Origin: Eledone cirrhosa
Taxonomy: Eukaryota
DNA length: 64,000 nt
NCBI GenBank assembly: GCA_964016885.1
Contig: OZ024766.1
Coordinates: forward strand, 20,398,001 to 20,462,000
Reading direction: 5' to 3'
How positions within the stretch are numbered: the first letter of the stretch is position 1; every line of letters begins with the position of its first letter. This document shows, piece by piece, positions 37,571 to 48,993 of this stretch. The translations under genes and the position numbers were made by a program. The notes under the pieces are model-generated. The model was not told the origin of the DNA. It did not search any database and saw nothing but the letters and a program-made list of their open reading frames with translations.

Positions 37571-38029
37571 ACGGGATGTCTTGCAACCCCCCCCCCCCCA
37601 CCTGTATCGGCAATATATATTAGAATTCTTTTGGGGGTCACCCTATAGATGTGTGTTTGTGTGAGGTCCAGGTTCGATCGCGGGTCCCCGCAGTTAATAA
37701 GGAACTCAATACATTAGTGGAGTGTAAACATCACTTCATGTTTGAAATATTGTAGTTTATAAATGGCTCCTACAGGGCTAGAGCTGTTTCATTGGCAAGA
37801 AAATCATCGGGAAAGCTGCTTTCTTGGTTTCAGTGTGGCGGTGTAAGGGTCTAGGGGGTGTGTGGGCGTGTGGTCGATCTCCGTCGGTGTGGGGCATATT
37901 TGGCTAAGGTGGGGGGTAGCTGTTAGAGATTTTAGTCTGGTTGTTAGGGCTGCGGCCATGCTGGGGTCACTTTGTTTTGTCTGTCTTGGAGGAGCTGTTT
38001 TGTCGTACTGCTAAGTTAGGGGACGTAAT

Positions 38030-38773
38030 ATTACACACATGTATATATGTGTATGTGTGTGTGTAGGTATATATGTGTGTGTGTAGGTATATATATGTGT
38101 GTGTAGGTATATATGTGTGTGTAGGTATATATGTGTGTGTGTAGGTATATATGTGTGTTTGTAGGTATATATATGTGTGTGTAGGTATATATGTGTGTGT
38201 ATGTTTGTAGGTATATATGTGTGTGTGTAGGTATATATATATGTATGTGTGTGTGTGTAGGTATATGTGTGTGTTTGTAGGTATATATATATATGTGTGT
38301 AGGTATATATGTGTGTGTATGTTTGTAGGTATATATGTGTGTGTGTAGGTATATATATATGTATGTGTGTGTGTGTAGGTATATGTGTGTGTTTGTAGGT
38401 ATATATATATATGTGTGTAGGTATATATATATATATATATGTGTGTGTTTGTGTAGGTATATATATATATATATATGTGTGTGTTTGTGTAGGTATATAT
38501 ATATATATATGTGTGTAGGTATATATATGTGTGTGTGTGTAGGTATATATGTGTGTAGGTATATATGTGTGTGTGTAGATATATATATGTGTGTGTGTAG
38601 GTATATATATATATATATGTGTGTTTGTGTAGGTATATATATGTGTGTAGGTATATATGTGTGTGTGTAGATATATATATGTGTGTGTGTAGGTATATAT
38701 ATATATGTGTATATATGATCGTCTAACGTATTCTAGCGTGGGAAAATGGATGTAAAACGGTGATTGTGATATA

Positions 38774-38804
<31 letters not shown>

Positions 38805-38883
38805 TATTACCCACTCTACTACCCTAAGTATTGAGTACTCTGGTGCGTTATGGTCCACCTGGTTCCTTACCACATTTCCTTCG

Positions 38884-38939
<56 letters not shown>

Positions 38940-38998
38940 GTGTGTGTGTGTATATGTATACATATTAATGCTGGCAGAGAAAACATAAGTTAAAACAA

Positions 38999-39055
<57 letters not shown>

Positions 39056-40672
39056 ATAATATATGTGTGTGTATATATATATGTGTGTGTGTATAATATA
39101 TGTGTGTGTGTATAATATATGTGTGTGTGTATATATATAGGTGTGTGTGTATATATAGGTGTGTGTGTGTATATATAGGTGTGTGTGTGTATATATAGGT
39201 GTGTGTGTATATATAGGTGTGTGTGTGTGTATATATAGGTGTGTGTGTGTGTATATATAGGTGTGTGTGTGTGTGTATATATAGGTGTGTGTGTGTATAT
39301 ATAGGTGTGTGTTTGTATATATAGGTGTATGTGTGTATATATATATAGGTGTGTGTGTATGTATATATGTGTGTGTGTATATATATGTGTGTGTGTGTGT
39401 ATATATGTATGTGTGTGTGTGTATATATAGGTGTGTGTGTGTATATATATAGGTGTGTGTGTATATATAGGTGTGTGTGTGTGTATATATAGGTGTGTGT
39501 GTATATATATATCTGTGTGTATATATATGTGTGTGTGTATATATATGTGTGTGTGTGTATATATGTGTGTGTGTGTGTATATATAGGTGTGTGTGTGTGT
39601 ATATATAGGTGTGTGTGTGTATATATAGGTGTGTGTGTGTATATATAGGTGTGTATATGTAGGTGTGTGTGTGTATATATAGGTGTGTGTGTGTGTATAT
39701 ATAGGTGTGTGTGTGTATATATAGGTATGTGTGTGTATATAGGTGTGTATATATAGGTGTGTGTGTATATATATGTGTGTATATATGTGAGACTTTCTAC
39801 CAGGAATTTCCAATCAGCAGATATCAATAATGCAAATATCTCTGGTCCCATCTCAATAGCAGTGGCTGTTATTACATTTATATAATTAGAATGACACACA
39901 TATATACATATATACATACATACATATATATATATATATGTGTGTATGTGTGTGTGTGTGTGTGTATATATAGGTGTGTGTGTGTGTGTATAGGTGTGTA
40001 TATATATAGGTGTGTGTGTGTATATATATAGGTGTGTGTGTATATATATAGGTGTGTGTGTGTATATATATAGGTGTGTGTGTATATATATAGGTGTGTG
40101 TATATATATAGGTGTGTGTGTATATATATAGGTGTGTGTGTGTGTATATAGGTGTGTGTATTTATATATAGGTGTGTGTGTATATATATAGGTGTGTGTG
40201 TATATATATATAGGTGTGTGTGTGTATATATATATAGGTGTGTGTATATATATAGGTGTGTGTATTTATATAGGTGTGTGTGTATATATATGTGTGTGTG
40301 TATATATATGTGTGTGTATATATATATAGGTATGTGTATATATAGGTGTCTGTGTGTATATATATATATAGGTGTATATATATATATATATGTGTGTATA
40401 TATATAGGTGTATATATATATATATATGTGTGTATATATATATATAGGTGTATATATATATATATATGTGTGTGTATATATATATATGTGTGTGTGTATA
40501 TATATATAGGTGTGTGTATATATATAGGTGTGTGTGTATATATATATATGTGTGTGTATATATATAGGTGTGTGTGTATATATATATATATATAGGTGTG
40601 TATATATATATGTGTGTGTGTGTGTGTATATATATGTATATGTGTGTGAGTGTGTATATATATAGGTGTGTG

Positions 40673-40712
<40 letters not shown>

Positions 40713-41080
40713 GGTGTCTGTGTGTATATATATATAGGTGTATATATATATAGGTGTGTGTGTGTGTACATATATATGTGTGTGTGTGAGTGTATATATG
40801 TGTGTGTGTGTACATATATATGTGTGTGTGTGTATATATATGTATATGTGTGTGTATATATGTGTGTGTGTGTACACATATATATGTGCCCCGTCCACCT
40901 TCAAACAGCCTGGGGGGGGGGAGTCGCCTGTATAAAATACCGCCATGACAGCAATAAATGTTGAAGGATGACGTAATATCTAGTGAGGTGTAGGAAAACG
41001 TATATATATATATATATATATGTGTGTATAATATATATATATATATATGTGTGTGTGTATAATATATATATATATATACA
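38030..41080. repeat. Compound TA/TG microsatellites punctuated by TAGG, with short dispersed-repeat islands
   Basis: Directly visible. Confidence 0.9.
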
Positions 41081-41269
41081 CAGAGAGATTGTGTGTCCCC
41101 AAAACATGTATAGATGCTTTGATTATCTATACAGGCCAATCAATATTGATTAGAATGCTGTTGAAGTGTGTATACATTATTTCGGAACACTGTGTGCTAC
41201 TACAGTTAGAAGCGAAGCACTTAATGCTGTTACGAGAGAGTATATATACACACACACACATATATATAT

Positions 41270-41477
41270 ATAGTGTGTATATATATGTCACGGTTTGGGA
41301 CTATATATATATAGTGTGTATATGTCACGGTTTGGGACTGTATATATATAGTGTGTGTGCGTGTATGTATATAGTGTGTGTATATATATGTCACGGTTTG
41401 GGACTATATATATATATATATATATATAGTGTGTGCGTGTATGTATATAGTGTGTGTATGTATATGTCACGGTTTGG

Positions 41478-41521
<44 letters not shown>

Positions 41522-42477
41522 TGTGTATATATATGTCACGGTTTGGGACTATATATATATATATATAGTGTGTGTATATATATGTCACGGTTTGGGACTA
41601 TATATATATATAGTGTGTGTGCGTGTATGTATATAGTGTGTGTATATATATGTCACGGTTTGGGACTATATATATATAATGTGTGTGCGTGTATGTATAT
41701 AGTGTGTGTATATATATGTTACGGTTTGGGACTATATATATATAGTGTGTATATGTCACGGTTTGGGACTATATATATATAGTGTGTATATGTCACGGTT
41801 TGGGACTGTATATATATAGTGTGTGTGCGTGTATGTATATAGTGTGTGTATATATATGTCACGGTTTGGGACTATATATATATATATATATAGTGTGTGT
41901 ATATATATGTCACGGTTTGTGACTATATATATATATAGTGTGTGTGCGTGTATGTATATAGTGTGTGTATATATATGTCACGGTTTGGGACTATATATAT
42001 ATAGTGTGTATATGTCACGGTTTGGGACTATATATATATAGTGTGTATATGTCACGGTTTGGGACTGTATATATATAGTGTGTGTGCGTGTATGTATATA
42101 GTGTGTGTATATATATGTCACGGTTTGGGACTATATATATATATATATATAGTGTGTGTATATATATGTCACGGTTTGTGACTATATATATATATAGTGT
42201 GTGTGCGTGTATGTATATAGTGTGTGTATATATATGTCACGGTTTGGGACTATATATATATAATGTGTGTGCGTGTATGTATATAGTGTGTGTATATATA
42301 TGTTACGGTTTGGGACTATATATATATAGTGTGTGTGCGTGTGTGTATATAGTGTGTGTATATATATGTCACGGTTTGGGACTTTATATATATAGTGTGT
42401 GTGTGCGTGTGTGTATATATATGTCACGGTTTGGGACTATATATATATATAGTGTGTGTATATATATGTCACGGTTT

Positions 42478-42540
<63 letters not shown>
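41270..42540. repeat. GTCACGGTTTGGGAC core repeated ~23 times with variable microsatellite spacers
   Basis: Directly visible. Confidence 0.9.
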
Positions 42541-42541
<1 letters not shown>

Positions 42542-42636
42542 AGAGAGCTTATCGTCACATTGGAGGTTTTGAGGGGGACATTTAACTGTTATTTCTAGCG
42601 ATAATGCCTCACATATTGTGGCTTGTATGATCTGAC

Positions 42637-42682
<46 letters not shown>

Positions 42683-42759
42683 CGAAGGCAATGTGGTAAG
42701 GAACCAGGTGGACCATAACGCACCAAAGTACTCAATACTTAGGGTAGTAGAGTGGGTAA

Positions 42760-42900
42760 TAGGAACGAGTAGGACCCCGACGGCTGAGATCAAGCCGTTT
42801 CGACGGTTAATTCTGGACCCTTGTCCAGAATTCTGGACCCTATCCAGAATTAGCCGTCGAAACGGTTTGAGCTCAGCCGTCGGGGTCCTACTCGTTCCTA
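42760..42900. mobile_element. Foldback (palindromic) MITE-like element
   Basis: ~58-bp inverted arms TAGGAACGAGTAGGACCCCGACGGC...GCCGTCGGGGTCCTACTCGTTCCTA. Confidence 0.8.
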
Positions 42901-43389
42901 TATATATATATATATATATGGGGAAAACATCGGGACCCCGACGGCTGAGCTCTGGCCGTTTCGACAGCTACACATCTGAACGCATTATGGTCCGCCTGGT
43001 ATATTACCATATATATATATATATATATATATAATACACACACACACACATATACACACATACACATATATACACATATACGCACATACATACACCACAC
43101 ACACTGCTGTGGTGTGTATATCGCAATTTCAGCGACAAGTCTATTGAAATGAATGGCTGTGGTAGTTTTTCAAACGGCCATATGTTACACCAAGTCCGTG
43201 GTGTGTAGGGCTGGTTGTCTGGTTTATAGGGGGGTTAGCCCCGGCAACCCTCTGGGGGTTCGGGTCTGTTGCGCAACAGCTCAGGCAAGGGTCTTCTACT
43301 CTAACCTTGGCTTGGTCGCTACCTTGGGGCAAGCGTTTCGGCACCTTTGCCACGCCGTCACCCGGCCTTAATTAGGCGTCTGGCGGTGC

Positions 43390-44955
43390 CCGTGAGGGTG
43401 CTTGGCTGTTTCAGAGCCTTAGTCTCGCCATCACCCGGCCTTACTGAGACGTCTGGCGATGCCCGTGAGGGTGCTTGGTTGTTCCAGCGCCTCAGCCTCT
43501 CCATCACCCGGCCATACCGAGATACCAAGCTAGATCCCTGGTGAGGGTGCTTGGTTGTTCCAGCGCCTCAGCCTCTCCATCACCCGGCCATACCGAGATA
43601 CCAAGCTAGAACCCTGGTAAGGGTGCTTGGTTGTTACAGCGCCTCAGCCTCTCCATCACCCGGCCATACCGAGATACCAAGCTAGAACCCTGGTAAGGGT
43701 GCTTGGTTGTTACAGCGCCTCAGCCTCTCCATCACCCGGCCATACCGAGATACCAAGCTAGAACCCTGGTAAGGGTGCTTGGTTGTTCCAGCGCCTCAGC
43801 CTCTCCATCACCCGACCATACCGAGATACCAAGCTAGATCCCTGGTAAGGGTGCTTGGTTGTTCCAACGCCTCAGCCTCTCCATCACCCGGCCATACCGA
43901 GATACCAAGCTAGAACCCTGGTAAGGGTGCTTGGTTGTTACAGCGCCTCAGCCTCTCCATCACCCGGCCATACCGAGATACCAAGCTAGATCCCTGGTAA
44001 GGGTGCTTGGTTGTTTCAGCACCTCAGCCTCTCCATCACGCGGCCATACCGAGATACCAAGCTAGAACCCTGGTAAGGGTGCTTGGTTGTTACAGCGCCT
44101 CAGCCTCTCCATCACCCGGCCATACCGAGATACCAAGCTAGATCCCTGGTGAGGGTGCTTGGTTGTTTCAGCACCTCAGCCTCTCCATCACCCGGCCATA
44201 CCGAGATACCAAGCTAGAACCCTGGTAAGGGTGCTTGGTTGTTACAGCGCCTCAGCCTCTCCATCACCCGGCCATACCGAGATACCAAGCTAGATCCCTG
44301 GTGAGGGTGCTTGGTTGTTTCAGCACCTCAGCCTCTCCATCACCCGGCCATACCGAGATACCAAGCTAGATCCCTGGTAAGGGTGCTTGGTTGTTTCAGC
44401 ACCTCAGCCTCTCCATCACCCGACCATACCGAGATACCAAGCTAGATCCCTGGTAAGGGTGCTTGGTTGTTTCAGCACCTCAGTCTCTCCACCACCCGAC
44501 CATACCGAGATACAAAGCGATATCCCTGGTAAGGGTGCTTGGTTGTTTCAGCACCTCAGCCTCTCCATCACGCGGCCATACCGAGATACAAAGCTAGATC
44601 CCTGGTAAGGGTGCTTGGTTGTTCCAGCACCTCAGTCTCTCCATCACCCGGCCATACCGAGATACCAAGCTAGATCCCTGGTAAGGGTGCTTGGTTGTTT
44701 CAGCACCTCAGCCTCTCCATCACGCGGCCATACCGAGATACAAAGCTAGATCCCTGGTAAGGGTGCTTGGTTGTTTCAGCACCTCAGCCTCTCCATCACG
44801 CGGCCATACCGAGATACAAAGCTAGATCCCTGGTAAGGGTGCTTGGTTGTTTCAGCACCTCAGCCTCTCCATCACGCGGCCATACCGAGATACCAAGCTA
44901 GATCCCTGGTAAGGGTGCTTGGTTGTTTCAGCGCCTCAGCCTCGCCATCACCCGC
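43390..44955. repeat. 76-bp GC-balanced minisatellite, ~20 copies
   Basis: Periodicity is directly visible. Confidence 0.93.
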
Positions 44956-45659
44956 GGTAATGCTATAGAGTAGTTCCTTATGGTGTGATGTAACGAAATG
45001 ACGCACTTAGTGGTGAATTGATGTAGATTTTTTAAGGGTTCCCTTTTCTCTCAGGCCCTCCCTTTAATTATATATTTTTAGGTATCACATTTATCAGGGC
45101 CCTGGCAATTAAACAGTCGGGTCCTTTAGCCTCTACTTCTATTTAATCACGATATATTTGTTTTATGATGTGAATATAATTTTCAAACCTCGTTTTCGTT
45201 TTCCTGTTAAAATGACGTCTACATATTTATTTGACACGATATATATATAATATATATACATAAATAAATATATATTTATATATATATACACCCGCGGGTC
45301 TCGTATAAAGGTCCCGTCCCCTCTTTAGTAATTTAAAAAAATGTTTTTCCTACCCCTAAACACACCCCCTGCCTGTTTTTATTTCAAACCCAGCCCCCTT
45401 CTCTTATTAAATTTTGCTGATCTATCTCTATATTTATCTCCAGTGAAATTTTTTCTTTGTATATTAAAAGATATATATATATATGTAGAATTGTAGAGAG
45501 TGGGGCGTTTATATTAAAAAAACCCAGGATTTGACGTTTAGTTTACATGTTGAAGGACCCCCCCCCCCCTCGAACCTATCGTATCGTTTTTTTTTTTTAT
45601 AATGTACATTTTTTTTGTCGTGCATTGATGTATCTTTTCATTCTGTCTCTTTCTCCCAC

Positions 45660-46850
45660 CCTCTCTCGTATATGTTACTCTCTCTCCCTCCCTCGTATAT
45701 GTTACTCTCTCTCATTTCTCCCCTCTCTTGTATATGTTACTCTCTCTCACTTTTTCTCTCTCTTGTATATGTTACTCTATCTCACTTCTCTCTCTTCCCC
45801 CTCTTGTATATGTTACTCTATCTCACTTCTCTCTCTTCCCCCTCTTGTATATGTTACTCTATCTCACTTCTCTCTCTTCCCCCCTCTCTTGTATAGGTTA
45901 CTCTATCTCACTTCTCTCTCTTCCCCCTCTTGTATATGTTACTCTCTTTCACTTTCCCCCTCTCTTGTATATGTTACTCTCTCACTTCCCCCCTCTCTTG
46001 TATATGTTACTCTCTCTCACTTCCCCCCCTCTCTTGTATATGTTACTCTCAGTCACTTTCCCCCTCTTGTATATGTTACTCTTTCCCCCTCTCTTGTATA
46101 TGTTACTCTCTTCCCCCTCTCTTGTATATGTTACTCTCTCTCTTTCCCCCTCTCTTGTATATGTTACTCTCTCTCACTTCCCCCCTCTCTTGTATATGTT
46201 ACTCTCAGTCACTTTCCCCCTCTCTTGTATATGTTACTCTCTCACTTCCCCCCTCTCTTGTATATGTTACTCTCTCTCACTTCCCCCCTCTCTTGTATAT
46301 GTTACTCTCTCACTTTCCCCCCTCTCTTGTATATGTTACTCTATCTCACTTCACCCCCCCTCTCTTGTATATGTTACTCTATCTCACTTCTCTCTCCTCT
46401 TGTATATGTTACTCTCTCTCACTTCTCCCCCCTCTTGTATATGTTACTCTCTCTCACTTCCCCTCTCTCGTATATGTTACTCTCTCTCACTTCTCCCCCT
46501 CTTGTATATGTTACTCTCTCACTTCCCCTCTCTTGTATGTTACTCTCTCTCACTTCTCCCCTCGTATATGTTACTATCTCTTTCCCCCTCTCTTGTATAT
46601 GTTACTATCTCTTTCCCCCTCTCTTGTATATGTTACTATCTCTTTCCCCCTCTCTTCTATATGTTACTCTCTCTACCTTTCTCCCTCCTTCTCGTATAAT
46701 GTATTCTCTCTTCCCTCATATTTCACTATCTCTCTCTCTTCCCCTTATATTTCACTATCTCTCTCTCTTCCCCTTATATTTCACTATCTCTCTCTTCCCC
46801 TTATATTTCACTATCTCTCTCTTCCCCTTATATTTCACTATCTCCTATAT
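45660..46850. repeat. Pyrimidine-rich ~30-42 bp repeat (CTCTTGTATATGTTACTCT core) upstream of the CNBP-like promoter
   Basis: Directly visible. The long ORFs here are artefacts. Confidence 0.88.
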
Positions 46851-47139
46851 ATACTCCCTCTTTTCTCTCCCCTTCCCTCTTCCTTCTTTTCTCCTCCCTT
46901 CTATACTAACTACCACTTTACTCTCCCCCTCTCCCTTATATACTCACTCACACCTTCTATATCTGACTACTACTTCATTACCTGCTTCCTTATATCCCTC
47001 ACTATCTCTGTACACACTCCCCTTCCTCTTCACTCCCACTTTACTCTCATCTCCAGCAACTACCGGCCTTGACTGTACCGACTTATCTCCCCTTACCCTC
47101 CCTCTTCTTCTCTTTTCTACCAGTGAGAGTGAGATAGTA

Positions 47140-47236
47140 ACGACCTACTTTCGCCCGAGCAGACCGGCCACCATTTTACTTTTAACCCACGTGTTTCACT
47201 TTCTTCGTCGTCTCTCCCACTCTATTCCCTCTCCAG
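47140..47236 (+). promoter_or_regulatory. Candidate promoter and non-coding exon 1 of the CNBP-like gene
   Basis: CpG cluster, YY1-like CCATTTT (~47171), E-box CACGTG (~47188), donor CAG|GTAATG at 47236/47237. The start ATG lies 1 nt inside the next exon, so a 5' UTR exon is required. Confidence 0.55.
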
Positions 47237-47433
47237 GTAATGTCTTCAATTTTATACACTCTTTAGGCATGTATGTATATATATATACACACAGATCGAT
47301 GGCTGTGTAGAAAAAAAAATGGCTACTTGTGTATAGATTGGTGAGAAAAATTAGATTTTTCAAGCTACGTTTTTTTAATTCTCTTCATTTTCTGCTTGTG
47401 TAAGATTAATTTTTTTTCGTCTTATATATATAG

Positions 47434-47478
<45 letters not shown>

Positions 47479-47494
47479 GTGTGTGTGTATATAT

Positions 47495-47863
47495 ATTTAT
47501 TTGTCTTGAATTAGTAACATTTGTATGTATATATAATATATATCGTGTGTGTAGATTACAAATATATATATATATATGGTATATAGACTATATATATGGG
47601 GAATTAGTGATGGCGGATGTAGGTAGACATCTGGTAGACTTGTTCAGTTCAATGGAAAGATGATCTTTATATATATATATATTCATTTGTCTTGAATTAG
47701 TAACATTTGTATGTATATATAATATATATCGTGCGTGTAGATTACAAATATATATATATATCGTATTATATAGCCTAGGAATATATATATACGGGGAATA
47801 CTGTGATGGCGGCTTGAGGTAGACATCTGGTATATTTGTTCAGTTCAATGGAAAGATGATCTT

Positions 47864-47906
<43 letters not shown>

Positions 47907-48095
47907 CTTGAATTAGTAACATTTGTATGTATATATAATATATATCGTGCGTGTAGATTACAAATATATATATATATATATCGTATTATATAGCCTAGGA
48001 ATATATGATATATGGGGAATAGTGATGGCGGCTTGAGGGAGATCTGGTATATACTTGTTCGGTTCGATGGAAAGATGGCATAAGATGATCTTTAA
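47495..48095. repeat. ~190-220 bp imperfect tandem triplication
   Basis: ATTTGTCTTGAATTAGTAACATTTG...GTGATGGCGG...GGAAAGATGATCTTT occurs 3 times. Confidence 0.85.
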
Positions 48096-48296
48096 ATATA
48101 TATAAATATATGACATATTTATATAAATATATATATTTATATATATATAAATATATATATAAACAATTTTTGTATATGCCACCCTTTTTTTCTTTTTTTT
48201 TTTTAATATATTTTTTTTTCTGGGTATAGAATAAAATATTCATGAAAATATTTGGGAAAAAAAGATTATATATATATGTATATATGTATATATATA

Positions 48297-48426
48297 TAGG
48301 AGAAAGTATGACCCCGACGGTAGAGCTCAAGCCGTTTCGACGGCTATTTCTGGACTAAATGGCTTTAGTTCAGAAATAGCCGTCGAAACGGCTTGAGCTC
48401 TGCCGTCGGGGTCATACTTTCTCCTA
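48297..48426. mobile_element. Foldback MITE-like element, same family as 42760-42900
   Basis: ~62-bp near-perfect inverted arms within (TA)n. Confidence 0.8.
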
Positions 48427-48959
48427 TATATATATATTATTTTTTTAAATATTATTGCTGAGTACACGAGAAAATTTGGAAGATTTTCTAGTTTACTGGG
48501 GTTTTTTTCTTATAAATTTTTTTTTCCTGGCTGTTATCTATTGCCGGATTAGGGGTTTAGATGTTCCTCAGTCATTAGAGGGCTTTTCCTTTTTTTCCTC
48601 GGGCTTGGAGTATTATAGTGGGACAGGTCGCTCGTTGAGTTTTTAATATATATATATATATATATGAATGTGTGTATATATATATATATTATATATATAT
48701 TTATGAATGCGTATGTATATATTTAATTTAGAAATGGCTTCTACAGGAGTAGAGCTGCTTCATTCGAAGGAAAACCCTGTTGATTTCCTTGGACTGAAAC
48801 AGTTTTAGTCCTGTAGAAGCTATTTCTATGTTAAATATTGTCTATACCCTACTAATGTATTGAGTACCTTACTGTGGTTACCACATTTGCGTATTATATA
48901 TATATATAAGGGGGGGGGGGGGGGCAATCATCGACTGGTTGAGTATTCCGCAGTGTTTC

Positions 48960-48993
<34 letters not shown>

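Noticed and set aside
36938-37648. Repeat-protein ORFs on both strands (also 18318-18890, 45547-47310, 55544-56170)
   Set aside because: The unit length is a multiple of 3, or the composition lacks stops. No splice or domain support.
37760-37830. Minus-strand hammerhead-like motif (CCGATGA...GAAAC), related to 48730-48830
   Set aside because: The core is mutated and there is no clear stem II. Probably a decayed dispersed repeat.
39788-39895. Unique island between microsatellites as a possible small exon
   Set aside because: There is no convincing acceptor/donor pair or recognisable peptide.
11786-42793. Numerous Y/I/H/T/V/C-rich ORFs
   Set aside because: They are translations of (TA)n/(TG)n microsatellites.
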